From Dehalococcoidia bacterium (GTDB lineage Bacteria > Chloroflexota > Dehalococcoidia > Bin125): 64,000 nucleotides of DNA. Location: the NCBI GenBank assembly GCA_963663235.2, contig CAXXNO010000012.1:128001-192000 (forward strand), read 5' to 3'. The notes under the pieces were generated by a model. That model saw only the letters and a program-made list of their open reading frames with translations. It did no database searches and was not told the DNA's origin. This document shows positions 28,621-39,925 of the stretch, one piece after another. A program made the translations under genes and the position numbers. The stretch's first letter is position 1. Every line of letters begins with the position of its first letter.

Positions 28621-29702
28621 GCGCCGTGCAGGGGCGGCTCACCGTGGGCGTGGTGTTTGGCGGTCCCTCGACCGAGCACACGGTGTCGGTGCGGTCCGCG
28701 CGGACCGTGCTAGCCGCAATGGACCGTGAGCGGTTCCAACCGCTGCCCTTCGGCGTCACGCCCGACGGGGTCTGGCTGCGGCCCGCGGAGAGCGAAAGCG
28801 CGCTGGCCGCGATGGCCGCCGGCGCGCCCGAGATCGTGAGCGGCGCCGGCGGACGCGGGGTCTTGGCCCGGCCGCAGGCCCTGGAAGCGCTGGCGGAGTG
28901 CGACATTGTTTTCCCCGTGATCCACGGGCGCGGCGGCGAAGACGGGAGGATCCAGGGGCTGCTGGAGCTGGCAGACCTGCCGTACGTCGGCGCGGGCGTG
29001 GCGGCATCGGCGATGGGGATGGACAAGGCGCTGATGAAGAGCCGTTTCCGGGAGGCCGGCCTGTCAACGCCGCCCTACCGCGTGGTGAGCGCGCAGACCT
29101 GGCGGCGGGATCCAGTGGCGGCCGCGCATGCCCTGGACGACCTGGACTACCCGCGGTTCGTCAAGCCGGCGCGAGGCGGGAGCAGCATCGCCACGCACAA
29201 GGTGCACTCGAACGGGGAACTGGAAGCGGCGCTGCTGGATGCCTTCCGCATCGACAGTAAGGCGCTGGTGGAGCAGGCGATCGCGTGTCGGGAGATCGAG
29301 TGCGGGGTGTTGGGCAACGCCGAGCCGGCCGCGTCTCCGGTGGGCGAAGTCCGTTATCAGCGCGAGTTCTATGACTACGTGGCGAAGTACGAAGACAGCG
29401 GCACCGAGTTGATCGTACCCGCGGCGCTACCCGAGGACGTCAGCGAGCGGATCCAGTCCATGGCGCTGGCCGCGTATGGGGCGATCGACTGCGCGGGGAT
29501 GGCGCGCGTCGACTTCTACCTGGAGGAGAGCGGCACCGTCTGGGTCAGCGAGATCAACACGATTCCGGGATTCACCAGCGCCAGCATGTTCCCGCGGGCT
29601 TGGGAAGCCGGGGGGATCCCGAACCGCGACCTCGTGACGCGACTGCTGGACCTGGGACTGGAACGGCACCGAGAGCAGGAGCATCGTGGCACCTGGGCTT
29701 GA
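28617..29702 (+). CDS. ddl: D-alanine--D-alanine ligase
   Basis: FGG.S.EH.VS, HG.GGEDG, MDK, FYDY..KY, EINTIPGFT..S. Confidence 0.96.
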   Translation: MSAVQGRLTVGVVFGGPSTEHTVSVRSARTVLAAMDRERFQPLPFGVTPDGVWLRPAESESALAAMAAGAPEIVSGAGGRGVLARPQALEALAECDIVFPVIHGRGGEDGRIQGLLELADLPYVGAGVAASAMGMDKALMKSRFREAGLSTPPYRVVSAQTWRRDPVAAAHALDDLDYPRFVKPARGGSSIATHKVHSNGELEAALLDAFRIDSKALVEQAIACREIECGVLGNAEPAASPVGEVRYQREFYDYVAKYEDSGTELIVPAALPEDVSERIQSMALAAYGAIDCAGMARVDFYLEESGTVWVSEINTIPGFTSASMFPRAWEAGGIPNRDLVTRLLDLGLERHREQEHRGTWA

Positions 29703-30510
29703 TTCGTTGCGCCGCGACTATGCGGACGAGAGCGCGTCGGGTGGTCGCGAGGGCCCACGGCGCTCGCGGCTGCGGCCCCGCTGGCGCACCGTCTTCGTCG
29801 CCGTGGTGGCCATCGCCTTGGTGGCGGGGGCCGTCGCCGTGCTGAACTCGCCGCTTCTCGAGATCCGTGGCATCTCCGTCAGCGGAACGCAGGAGCTGTC
29901 GCCGGAGACCGTGGCGCAGATCGCCGCATTGCGCGGGGACAACCTGCTCCTGGCCGACCTGGGCGCGGCGCGTGAGCGACTACTGGATCTGACGCTGGTG
30001 CGGGAAGCGTCGGTGGAGCGGAGCTGGCCCGACGGGATCCGGATTGTGGTGCGAGAGCGCACCCCGTGGGCCGGCTGGGAAGTGGAGGGCGAAGTGTTCG
30101 CGGTTGACGCAGAGGGCGTGGTGCTGGAAGGGCTGGCGGCGCCGACCGAGGGGCCGGTGGTCCGGCAGGTGTCATCGCTGCCGGTGGTGCAGAACGGTGC
30201 GACGATCGACCTGGACGCGCTGGCCACGATCCGTTGGATCGAGGAGGCCGGACCGCCCTCAGGTGGGCCCGCGATCCTGGTCTACGAATGGTCGCTGCGC
30301 TCCGGGCTCACCGTCGTGACCGCGCACGGGCGGGTGACCTTCGGCGGCAGCAACGGCCTGCCGTTCAAGTACCAGGTTTGGACGGAACTGGAGGCCGAAG
30401 CGCAGCGCCGAGGCGAACCGTTGCTGCTGGCCGACTTGCGCTTTGGCGCACGGCCAGCGGTGGAGATCGGGCTAGGGGTGGGACGAGCAGCCCACAACCC
30501 AGAAACGTAA
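29686..30510 (+). CDS. ftsQ: FtsQ/DivIB POTRA-domain protein
   Basis: TM helix, POTRA domain, V.R.WP..I.I.V.ER.P, C-terminal DLRF. Confidence 0.85.
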   Translation: MAPGLDSLRRDYADESASGGREGPRRSRLRPRWRTVFVAVVAIALVAGAVAVLNSPLLEIRGISVSGTQELSPETVAQIAALRGDNLLLADLGAARERLLDLTLVREASVERSWPDGIRIVVRERTPWAGWEVEGEVFAVDAEGVVLEGLAAPTEGPVVRQVSSLPVVQNGATIDLDALATIRWIEEAGPPSGGPAILVYEWSLRSGLTVVTAHGRVTFGGSNGLPFKYQVWTELEAEAQRRGEPLLLADLRFGARPAVEIGLGVGRAAHNPET

Positions 30511-30531
30511 CGAGCGGGGAGGATACGACAT

Positions 30532-31782
30532 ATGGCGAGAGACAATGCTTTCGCCGCCATCGACATTGGCAGCACGAAGATCGCCACTTTGGTAGGCAAC
30601 GTCAGCGAGCGCGGCCAGCTGCGCGTGGTGGGCGTGGGCGTGACGCCGTCCGCGGGCGTGGAGAAGGGGCAGATCAGCGACATTGCCAAGGCGGTCGAGG
30701 CCATCCGGAGCGCGGTCGAGAAGGCGGAACGGAGCAGCGGGACGCGCATCGTCTCGGCGGGGGTGGGGATCGCAGGAACGCACCTGTCGAGCTTCAACAA
30801 TCGCGGGATCGTGGCGATTCCAGACCAGAGCGGCGCGATCAGCGCGGACGACATGCACCGGGTGATCGACGCGGGGCGGAACGTGAGCCTGAAGACGAAC
30901 CGGGAGATGCTGCACGCTCTGCCGCGCTACTTCGTGGTCGATGGCCAGGATCAGGTGACTGATCCGGTGGGGATGCATGGGCAACGGCTGGACGTGGAGA
31001 TGCACATAGTCACCTGCGGCCTCAACGCGATGCAGAACCTCGTGAAGTGTGTCGAGAGTGCGGGGGTGCAGGTCGATGCGGTCATCGCTACCCCGGTAGC
31101 GAGCGCCGCGGTGACTCTGCGACCGGAAGAGATGCGCGAAGGGGTCGTGCTGGTGGATATCGGCGGCGGGACGACGGACATCGTCGTGTACCAGGACGGC
31201 GCGCTGCAGCACACCGCCAGCCTGCCCGTCGGCGGGCTGAACGTCACCCGGGATCTCGTGGTGGGGCTGCGCTGCCCCCAGAACGTGGCGGAGGAGGCGA
31301 AGGCGGCGCACGGGCACGCGCTGGCCTCGGAGGTGACAGGCGCGGAGGAGATCTCGCTCAGCACCTTCGGGCACGAATCGGAGCGGACCGTGCCGCGGCG
31401 GCTGCTGGCGGAGATCGTCCAGGCTCGGATCGAGGAGATCCTGTCGATGGTGATGGTTGAAGTGAAGCGCGGCGCTCATGCGGAGATGGCTTCCGCCGGA
31501 CTCGTGATCAGCGGGGGCTGCGCAGAGGTGGAAGGGATGGCCCGGCTGGCCGACCGCGTGGTGGGTTTGCCCGCCCGAATCGGACAAGTAGAGGAGGTCT
31601 ATGGCCTAGTGGACCACGTATCGGGGCCGGCCTATGCGGCGACGCTGGGACTCTTGCACTGGCTGGCGGAGGGACAAGTCCCACGCCGCCAGACGGTGCG
31701 GATGCGCGCCACGCCGACGCTGGGGGTCGGAGCCGTCGTGCGACGGATCGGCCAGGTGGGGAGGGTGTTTTTGCCGCAATAA
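30532..31782 (+). CDS. ftsA: Cell division protein FtsA
   Basis: IDIGSTKI, VDIGGGTTD, ARIEEI, GG, P.YAA.LGL. Confidence 0.96.
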   Translation: MARDNAFAAIDIGSTKIATLVGNVSERGQLRVVGVGVTPSAGVEKGQISDIAKAVEAIRSAVEKAERSSGTRIVSAGVGIAGTHLSSFNNRGIVAIPDQSGAISADDMHRVIDAGRNVSLKTNREMLHALPRYFVVDGQDQVTDPVGMHGQRLDVEMHIVTCGLNAMQNLVKCVESAGVQVDAVIATPVASAAVTLRPEEMREGVVLVDIGGGTTDIVVYQDGALQHTASLPVGGLNVTRDLVVGLRCPQNVAEEAKAAHGHALASEVTGAEEISLSTFGHESERTVPRRLLAEIVQARIEEILSMVMVEVKRGAHAEMASAGLVISGGCAEVEGMARLADRVVGLPARIGQVEEVYGLVDHVSGPAYAATLGLLHWLAEGQVPRRQTVRMRATPTLGVGAVVRRIGQVGRVFLPQ

Positions 31783-31877
31783 GTGTCGTCGGGGCCGCCT
31801 CGAGGAAGGGGGCGGCCTCGATTCGTGCCTGAGCTCTCGAGAGAGATGGTGGCGGGGGCAGAAGGGACGGACATGCG

Positions 31878-32960
31878 ATGACCTATGTAAACCCTGGGAA
31901 CGGCCTGCCTCCGATCAAAGTGGTTGGGGTAGGGGGCGCCGGCTGCAACGCCGTGAACCGGATGATCGAAGAGAAGATCAGCGGCGTGCACTTCTTGGCG
32001 ATGAATACCGACGCCCAGCAACTCGAGGACAGCCGCGCCGCCGAGCGCATCCGCATTGGCGACAAGTTAACGCGCGGCTTGGGGGTGGGAGGAAATCCCG
32101 AGCAAGGACTGAAAGCGGCGGACGAAAGCCGGGCCGAGATCCTGGAAGCGCTCCAGGGCATGGATATGGTCTTTGTCACCGCCGGGATGGGAGGCGGCAC
32201 CGGCACCGGCGCGGCGCCGGTGGTGGCAGAGCTGGCGCAGGAGGCCGGCGCCCTGACCATCGCGGTGGTCACGAAACCGTTCGCCTTTGAAGGCGCCAAG
32301 CGACGCGAGGCCGCCGAGGCAGGCGTCCAGCGGCTGGAGGAGCACAGCGACACGGTCATCGTGATTCCGAACGACCGCCTGCTCACGATCGGCGGCGCCA
32401 ATACCACGGTGACCGAAGCCTTCCGGACAGCGGACGACATCCTGCGCCACGGGATCGCCGGGATCTCCGACGTGATCACGGTGCCCGGCGAGATCAACCT
32501 GGACTTCAGCGACGTCAAGAAGATCATGGGCGAAGGCGGCCAAGCGCTGATGGCGAACGGCCGCGGCCAGGGGGAGAACCGGGCGGTGGAGGCGGCGAAG
32601 AAGGCCATCACGAGCCCTCTCCTGGAGACGGACATCACCGGCGCCCGGAAGGTCCTCTATAACGTCAGCTCCTCGGGTGACCTGGGCCTAAACGAACTGA
32701 ACATGGCGGCCAAGGTGATCCAAGAGATGGTGGATCCCGATGCCGAGATCATCTTCGGCACGGCGATTGACCCCAGCCTGGGGGGCGAGGTGCAGATCAC
32801 GCTGATTGCCACTGGGTTCCCGCCCACGATCCGAAGCCTGGAGGAACAGGACCACAATCGCTGGAGCGCGGAGATGCTCACCGAGATCGGGCTGGACGTG
32901 GAGGATGTGGAATTGCCTGCCTTCCTGCGCAAGCAACGGGCGTTTGCGCAGCAGCAGTAA
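31878..32960 (+). CDS. ftsZ: Cell division protein FtsZ
   Basis: [39 protein letters not shown] tail. Confidence 0.98.
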   Translation: MTYVNPGNGLPPIKVVGVGGAGCNAVNRMIEEKISGVHFLAMNTDAQQLEDSRAAERIRIGDKLTRGLGVGGNPEQGLKAADESRAEILEALQGMDMVFVTAGMGGGTGTGAAPVVAELAQEAGALTIAVVTKPFAFEGAKRREAAEAGVQRLEEHSDTVIVIPNDRLLTIGGANTTVTEAFRTADDILRHGIAGISDVITVPGEINLDFSDVKKIMGEGGQALMANGRGQGENRAVEAAKKAITSPLLETDITGARKVLYNVSSSGDLGLNELNMAAKVIQEMVDPDAEIIFGTAIDPSLGGEVQITLIATGFPPTIRSLEEQDHNRWSAEMLTEIGLDVEDVELPAFLRKQRAFAQQQ

Positions 32961-33040
32961 CCCGCGGCAGGAGAACGAGAGGAGGGCCGGACTCAGCGAA
33001 CCGACGGATCGCCCTTCATTGAAGGGCTAGCACGACCAAG

Positions 33041-33075
33041 AGGGGGCGACGAATCGGGAGATGCGTCGCCCCCTC
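33041..33075 (+). terminator. GC-rich hairpin after ftsZ (putative terminator)
   Basis: AGGGGGCGAC...GTCGCCCCCT; weak U tract. Confidence 0.5.
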
Positions 33076-33086
33076 GCTATCTCTCA

Positions 33087-33133
33087 ACCCCCAGGTCTTG
33101 CGGTCGGCGGGCGCTCGACGCCAAGGCGTTGCG
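33087..33133 (+). promoter_or_regulatory. Tandem NrdR boxes
   Basis: ACCCCCAGGTCTTGCG (33087) and ACGCCAAGGCGTTGCG (33118), 31 bp apart, directly upstream of nrdR-nrdJ. Confidence 0.65.
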
Positions 33134-33155
33134 GTCCATCCTCTACCATACGGGT

Positions 33156-33731
33156 GTGCAATGCCCGTATTGCCACTCAGACGACAGCCGAGTCATCGAC
33201 TCACGGCCCGCCGACAAGGGAATCCGGCGACGCCGCGAGTGCGAACGCTGCAGCCAGCGGTTCACCACTTACGAGAGCGCCGCCGAGGTTGAACCCATGG
33301 TGGTCAAGCGCGACGGCCGTCGGGAGCCCTTTCAGCGCGAGAAGCTGCGAGCGGGCCTGATCCGGGCCTGCGCGAAGCTGGCCGTGCCGCAAGACGCTGT
33401 GGACGCCATCGCCGCGGGCATTGAACGGCGGCTGCGGATCAGCGCCGCGGCGGAGGTGGAGAGCCACCAACTGGGCGAGTGGATCTTGGAGCAACTCCTG
33501 CAGCGTGACCCCGTCGCGGCCTTTCGGTTCGCCAGCGTGTTCCGGAGGCCGAGCGACCTGGCGGCCTTGCGCCGGGAGCTGGCGACGGTAGAGCGGGCGG
33601 CGGCTGAGGGACACGCGGCGGCGGACTGGGGCCAGCCGGGCCTGCCCGGCATGGGAGGGTCGCCCCCGCAAGTGACGGTCGATGAGCAGGGCGGCCGCGG
33701 GCAACCGCCGTCAGGCGGAGCGGCGCCGTGA
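33156..33731 (+). CDS. nrdR: Transcriptional repressor NrdR
   Basis: CPYC...SRVIDSR...IRRRRECERC..RFTTYE, VVKRDGRREPF, RFASV. Confidence 0.93.
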   Translation: MQCPYCHSDDSRVIDSRPADKGIRRRRECERCSQRFTTYESAAEVEPMVVKRDGRREPFQREKLRAGLIRACAKLAVPQDAVDAIAAGIERRLRISAAAEVESHQLGEWILEQLLQRDPVAAFRFASVFRRPSDLAALRRELATVERAAAEGHAAADWGQPGLPGMGGSPPQVTVDEQGGRGQPPSGGAAP

Positions 33732-35476
33732 CCGCGTCGTCCCCGCCGGCGTTGAGCGACAACGCGCGGTTGGTGTTGGAGAGCCGGTATCTCCAGCGTG
33801 ACGACCAGGGACGACTCATCGAGACGCCCGCGCAGCTGTTCCGTCGGGTGGCGGACAACGTAGCCGGGGCCGAACGGGCTTACGGACGCGACGCCGCCGC
33901 CTTCGCCGACCAGGCGTACGCCCTCATGACGCGGCTGGAGTTCCTGCCCAACTCCCCCACTCTGATGAACGCCGGTCTCGGGATTCAACAGCTGGCCGCC
34001 TGCTTTGTCCTGCCCGTGGAGGACTCGCTGCCCAGCATCTTCGACGCCCTGAAATACACGGCGCTCATCCACCAGAGCGGCGGCGGCACGGGGTTCGCCT
34101 TTTCCCGGCTGCGCCCCGCCAACGACATCGTGCACTCCACGCACGGAGTGGCCAGCGGCCCGATCTCCTTCATGGAGGTCTTTGACGCCGCCACCGACGC
34201 GATCAAACAGGGGGGAACGCGGCGTGGGGCGAATATGGCGATCCTCAGCGTCGATCACCCCGACATCGAGGCGTTCGTGCGGGCCAAGGCCGACCGGCAG
34301 AGCCTGACGAACTTCAACCTCTCCGTGGCCGTGACCGATGCCTTCATGGAGGCCGTGGAAGCGGATGGGGAGATTCAGCTGGTGAACCCGCGGAGCGGCG
34401 CGGCGGCGGGAGTGCGCAAGGCGCGGGCGCTGTTCGCGTTGATCGTGGAGCAGGCGTGGGAGCACGGCGACCCCGGCCTGGTCTTCCTCGACCGCATCAA
34501 CGCCGCCAACCCGACGCCCCAGTTGGGCCCGATCGAATCCACCAACCCGTGCGGCGAGCAGCCGTTGCTCCCCTACGAGTCATGCACCCTGGGCTCGCTG
34601 AATGTGGCCAAGTTCGTGCGGGACGGGGACCTGGATTGGGAGCGGTTGGGCGGCGCGGTGGAGACGGCCGTGCGCTTCCTGGACAACGTCATCGACCAAA
34701 ACCACTATCCGGCGCCGCAGATCGAGCGGGCCACCAAGAGCACGCGGAAAATCGGGTTGGGCGTGATGGGGTTCGCCGATCTCCTGTGTCACCTGCGCGT
34801 CGCCTACGACAGCGACGAAGGGCTGGCTTGGGCGGCCCGGTTGATGGGCTTCATCCAAGAGCGGGCTCAGGGCGCCTCGCAGGAGCTGGGCGCGGAGCGG
34901 GGGGTCTTTCCGGCGTGGGAAGGATCGATCTTCGGTCCCGAGGGGCCGCGCTACCGCAACGCGACGCGCACCACGATTGCCCCGACGGGCACGATCAGCA
35001 TCATTGCCGACTGCTCCAGCGGGATTGAGCCGGTCTTCGCTTTCGCCTTGGTGCGGCGGCATTACCTGGACCGCGAGCATCGAGACCGGCTGGTGGAGCT
35101 GCCGGAGATGCACGAAGGGCTCCGCGCCGTTGCGGCGGCAGAGGGCTGGTGGAGCGACGATCTCCTGCGACACCTCCAGCAGCACGGATCGTTGCGCGCG
35201 TGGGGGGGCGCACCGGAGTGGGCGCGGCGGGTGTACGTCGCGGCGCACGAGATCAGCGCGGAGTGGCACGTGCGGATGCAAGCCGTCTTCCAGGACCACA
35301 TCGACAATGCGGTGGCCAAGACGATCAACCTCCCCGCCGACGCCAGCCCGGCGGACGCGGCCGACGCCTATCGCCTCGCCTGGCGGGAGAACTGCAAGGG
35401 GATCACCATTTACCGCCACACGGCGCGCGACAAGCAGGTCCTTTCCTTGGCGGCGCCGGAGGCCGACTGGCGGTAA
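33728..35476 (+). CDS. nrdJ: Class II (adenosylcobalamin-dependent) ribonucleotide reductase, short at the C-terminus
   Basis: FLPNSPTLMNAG, AACFVL, GGGTG, RRGANM, TNPCGEQ, ESC.LGS, IAPTGTIS, KGITIYR. Confidence 0.93.
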   Translation: MTASSPPALSDNARLVLESRYLQRDDQGRLIETPAQLFRRVADNVAGAERAYGRDAAAFADQAYALMTRLEFLPNSPTLMNAGLGIQQLAACFVLPVEDSLPSIFDALKYTALIHQSGGGTGFAFSRLRPANDIVHSTHGVASGPISFMEVFDAATDAIKQGGTRRGANMAILSVDHPDIEAFVRAKADRQSLTNFNLSVAVTDAFMEAVEADGEIQLVNPRSGAAAGVRKARALFALIVEQAWEHGDPGLVFLDRINAANPTPQLGPIESTNPCGEQPLLPYESCTLGSLNVAKFVRDGDLDWERLGGAVETAVRFLDNVIDQNHYPAPQIERATKSTRKIGLGVMGFADLLCHLRVAYDSDEGLAWAARLMGFIQERAQGASQELGAERGVFPAWEGSIFGPEGPRYRNATRTTIAPTGTISIIADCSSGIEPVFAFALVRRHYLDREHRDRLVELPEMHEGLRAVAAAEGWWSDDLLRHLQQHGSLRAWGGAPEWARRVYVAAHEISAEWHVRMQAVFQDHIDNAVAKTINLPADASPADAADAYRLAWRENCKGITIYRHTARDKQVLSLAAPEADWR

Positions 35477-35852
35477 CGCGGCACTGTTGACCGGACGTCC
35501 GCGACCGAAATGCAGTGTTCGCGACGAAAAACGCCGCATTCGCGTCGTGAATGCAACGAAAAGAATTATGTGCACCGTTCGGCTGCGTCGAGCCTCCGTC
35601 TCCGGCGCACTCACTTTGTTTCTGCGACACACGCATCAATTCGCGCCGTCACATCTGGAAAGAGCGTGCGCGAACGCCACGACATCATGTTGTGTCGACC
35701 AAATCGTACGGGATGCGATCGCGGATCATGTTGCAGACGCAGGAAAAAACTTCCCACTAACTCTTGTGTAGTCCGAACAATCGCGCTGTAATTGATGCAA
35801 TAGAAGAGCATCCGCGATCAATTCGGATGCACCGCAAAGGGGAGGAACGCTT

Positions 35853-36476
35853 ATGCCAGCAGTCAAAAAGCGTGCGGCCAAGCGACCGGCCGCGAAAAAG
35901 CGAGCGACAGCGCGTAAGACCACGGCGCGCAAGGCGGTGAAACGGCGCACGGCCCGCAAGACCACCGCCCGCAAGGCGACCAAACGGCGCACGGCCCGCA
36001 AGGCCGCTAAGAAGCGCGCCCCGGCCCGCAAGGCGACCAAGCGGCGCACGGCCCGCAAGGCCGCTAAGAAGCGCGCCCCGGCCCGCAAGGCGACCAAACG
36101 GCGCACAGCCCGCAAGGCCGCTAAGAAGCGCGCCCCGGCCCGCAAGGCCGCCAAAAAGCGCGCTCCGGCCCGCAAGGCCGCCAAAAAGCGCGCTCCGGCT
36201 CGCAAGGCCGCCAAAAAGCGCGCTCCGGCCCGCAAGGCCGCCAAAAAGCGCGCTCCGGCCCGCAAGGCCGCCAAAAAGCGCGCTCCGGCCCGCAAGGCGG
36301 TAGCACGGAAGTCGGCCGCGAGGAAAGTCGCGCCGCCGCGGCCCGCCGCACCACGAGCGCCGATGCCGGCACCCCGCATGCCGTCACCGCTCGCGCCACG
36401 GCCACAGACGGGTATGCCGACGAGGATGCCGCCAACGACTCCGTCGCCGACCCAGCCGCCGCGGAGCATCTTCTAA
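35853..36476 (+). CDS. Histone H1-like Lys/Arg/Ala-rich DNA-binding protein
   Basis: GGGGAGG RBS; many ARK(A/T)(A/T)K(K/R)R(A/T) units encoded by 27-30-bp repeats; Pro-rich tail. Confidence 0.85.
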   Translation: MPAVKKRAAKRPAAKKRATARKTTARKAVKRRTARKTTARKATKRRTARKAAKKRAPARKATKRRTARKAAKKRAPARKATKRRTARKAAKKRAPARKAAKKRAPARKAAKKRAPARKAAKKRAPARKAAKKRAPARKAAKKRAPARKAVARKSAARKVAPPRPAAPRAPMPAPRMPSPLAPRPQTGMPTRMPPTTPSPTQPPRSIF

Positions 36477-36520
36477 GCGCGCGCGACTGCCAGCCGTTCA
36501 ACCGGCTTGGGAGAGATTCC

Positions 36521-36550
36521 GAGGGCGGCCCTTGCGAAAGGGTCGCCCTC
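36521..36550 (+). terminator. Hairpin after the H1-like gene
   Basis: GAGGGCGGCCCTT-GCGA-AAGGGTCGCCCTC, GNRA tetraloop. Confidence 0.6.
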
Positions 36551-36626
36551 GCTCGTTGCGGGCCGTGGCCTCAGCGCAGGCTCCGCCCGCGGGCAACGCA
36601 CGCGACGGGCCAGTATCCTCGCCGAT

Positions 36627-37310
36627 GTGGCTGCCAACCCGAAACCCGAAGGCTCCTGGCCCCATGTGGCCGGCAACCTGGACGCGGTGCGAGCGGCGCT
36701 CCGCGAGGCGGCGGAGCGGGCCGGCCGGGACCCGGCCGACGTGCAGTTGGTCGCGGTCAGCAAGGGGATGCCCGCCGCCGCGGTGCGGGCGGCGATCGCC
36801 GCGGGGCAGATGACGTTCGGCGAGAACCGCGTGCAGGAGGCGCTGCCGAAGATGGCGGAGCTGGCGGACGCGGGGGCCAGATGGCACTTGGTCGGCCACT
36901 TGCAGCGCAACAAAGCGAAAGCGGCGACAGCCTTTGATATCATGGAGAGTGTGGATTCGACACGGATTGCGGTCGCGCTTGATTCGCACCTCGCTAGTCC
37001 CCGGACAGTTTACTTGGAAGTGAACGTGGCCGGCGAGGCGAGCAAATCGGGCTTCCGCCCGGCCGAGCTAGCCGCCGCCCTTGAGGCGATCCGAGCCCTG
37101 GCCCACTTACACGTCGAGGGGCTCATGACAATCGCCCCGCTTGTGGCCGAGGCGGAGGAGGTGCGACCGGTGTTTCGCGAGCTGCGCCGCCTGCGCGACG
37201 CGCACGGGCTACAAGGGCTCTCCATGGGAATGACCAACGACTTCCCGGTCGCCATCGCCGAAGGGGCAACGATCGTGCGGGTCGGGCGAGCAATCTTCGG
37301 CGATCGCTGA
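36627..37310 (+). CDS. yggS: PLP homeostasis protein YggS
   Basis: [46 protein letters not shown]; start uncertain. Confidence 0.94.
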   Translation: MAANPKPEGSWPHVAGNLDAVRAALREAAERAGRDPADVQLVAVSKGMPAAAVRAAIAAGQMTFGENRVQEALPKMAELADAGARWHLVGHLQRNKAKAATAFDIMESVDSTRIAVALDSHLASPRTVYLEVNVAGEASKSGFRPAELAAALEAIRALAHLHVEGLMTIAPLVAEAEEVRPVFRELRRLRDAHGLQGLSMGMTNDFPVAIAEGATIVRVGRAIFGDR

Positions 37311-37326
37311 GCGGGGCGGGAGAGCG

Positions 37327-38139
37327 ATGGGCAAGGAGTACGGCATCATCGGGGGCGGCGTGATGGGGACAGCGATCAGCCGAGCGCTGATCGCCACCGG
37401 GGTCGCCCAAGCCGAGAACGTCACGGTCTGCGACACCGACCCGGGCCGTCGCGCCGCGCTGCGGGAGGAACTTGGCGTGGCGGTGACGGAACGCCACGCG
37501 GACGCCTCCGAGGGCGCACCGATGGTGATCTTGGCCGTGAAGCCACAGGATTTTCGCGTCGCGAGCAACGCGCTGCAGGGGCTGATCCTGCCGGAGCAAG
37601 TCGTGCTCTCGATCATGGCGGGGATCTCGATTCGCACGCTGCGGGACCAGTTGGGGCATCGTGCCGTGGTACGGGTGATGCCCAACACGCCGGCGCAGAT
37701 CGGGCAAGGGATGTCCGTCTGGACCGCAACGGAGGAAGTCGGCGCCGATCAACGGAGCGCCGTGCGCCAGATCCTGCAGACGCTGGGCGACGAGATCTAC
37801 GTCCCAGATGAGAAGCACATCGACATGGCGACCGCCGTCAGCGGCTCCGGCCCTGGCTTCATCTACTTGATGCTCGAGGCGATGATCGACGGGGCGGTGC
37901 AGATCGGGATGCGGCGTGAACTGGCCGCCGAGATGGTCTACCAGACCGCTCTGGGGTCAGCGGCCTTCGCCAAGCAGTCCCGGCTGCACACGGCGGTGCT
38001 GCGGGAGCAGGTCACGTCCCCAGGCGGTACCACCGCGGAGGGCCTGCTGGCCATGGAGCGGCACGGCGTGCGCGCGGGGATTATCGAGGCGGTGATCGCC
38101 GCCTACGACAAGACGCGAGAGTTAGGACAGCAGGCGTGA
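37327..38139 (+). CDS. proC: Pyrroline-5-carboxylate reductase
   Basis: [32 protein letters not shown]. Confidence 0.96.
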   Translation: MGKEYGIIGGGVMGTAISRALIATGVAQAENVTVCDTDPGRRAALREELGVAVTERHADASEGAPMVILAVKPQDFRVASNALQGLILPEQVVLSIMAGISIRTLRDQLGHRAVVRVMPNTPAQIGQGMSVWTATEEVGADQRSAVRQILQTLGDEIYVPDEKHIDMATAVSGSGPGFIYLMLEAMIDGAVQIGMRRELAAEMVYQTALGSAAFAKQSRLHTAVLREQVTSPGGTTAEGLLAMERHGVRAGIIEAVIAAYDKTRELGQQA

Positions 38140-38402
38140 GTGGACTGGGGATTCTCGCCCAGATCCTGGAGATCTACTGGTTCGTCCTCTTAGCGCGGGT
38201 GATCATCTCCTGGATCCCCCTCTTCACCCAGCGTCCACTGGACTACTCCCACCCCTTGCTCAAGTTCCTCATCGACGTGACCGAACCGCTCCTGGCGCCG
38301 ATCCGGCGGTTCGCGATGGTGGGCATGATCGACCTCTCACCGCTCGTCGCGCTGATCACCCTCAGGATCGTTATCGGCATCTTGAGGGACTCAGTGATCT
38401 AG
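38136..38402 (+). CDS. yggT: YggT family membrane protein
   Basis: R.I.SW, TEPLLAPIRR, IDLSPL. Confidence 0.92.
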   Translation: MSGLGILAQILEIYWFVLLARVIISWIPLFTQRPLDYSHPLLKFLIDVTEPLLAPIRRFAMVGMIDLSPLVALITLRIVIGILRDSVI

Positions 38403-38674
38403 GGGCGGCCTCCGAGGCGCCCTCGAATCCCGTCGGCGTCCAAGCCGCTCACCGCCACGGTCTTGTCGCGGCTGCGCTCACCGCGCGCCAGGGTGAGCGC
38501 CGTGAGGGGCACGCGCAACTCGCGCGCCAGGAGACGCAAGAGAGCGCGGTTGGCCTGTCCCTGGACGGCAGGCGCCGCGACTTTGACGCGGAGGACCTCA
38601 CCGTCCCAGCCGAGGACGGCGTCGCGGCCGCCACGCGGGGTGAGCCGGATCCGGACTACGGTGGAGGCAGCCAC
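38399..38674 (-). CDS. DUF167 (YggU) family protein
   Basis: LRVKVAAPAVQGQAN, G..SRDKTV. Confidence 0.88.
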   Translation of the reverse strand: MAASTVVRIRLTPRGGRDAVLGWDGEVLRVKVAAPAVQGQANRALLRLLARELRVPLTALTLARGERSRDKTVAVSGLDADGIRGRLGGRP

Positions 38675-38750
38675 GGCGGCATCGTACGGCCCGAGTGGAG
38701 GAGCGCGCGTGGGGTTGCATGCAGGCCCGGCGTATGCGATGGTGCCTGTC

Positions 38751-38762
38751 GAACGGGTGTTC
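38751..38762. promoter_or_regulatory. LexA (SOS) box, GAAC-N4-GTTC type
   Basis: GAACGGGTGTTC about 70 bp upstream of recA. Confidence 0.8.
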
Positions 38763-38832
38763 TAGTTAGTTGCGACGTAAAGTTATGTCGCATACCGGGT
38801 GGCGGCGCCGCTCGGGCTGAGGGGAGACCCCC

Positions 38833-39915
<1,083 letters not shown>

Positions 39916-39925
39916 GCGCCGAGTC

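Noticed and set aside
35726-36469. Antisense ORF of LRAGARFLAA repeats
   Set aside because: Mirror of the H1-like repeats; the plus-strand gene has the RBS and terminator.
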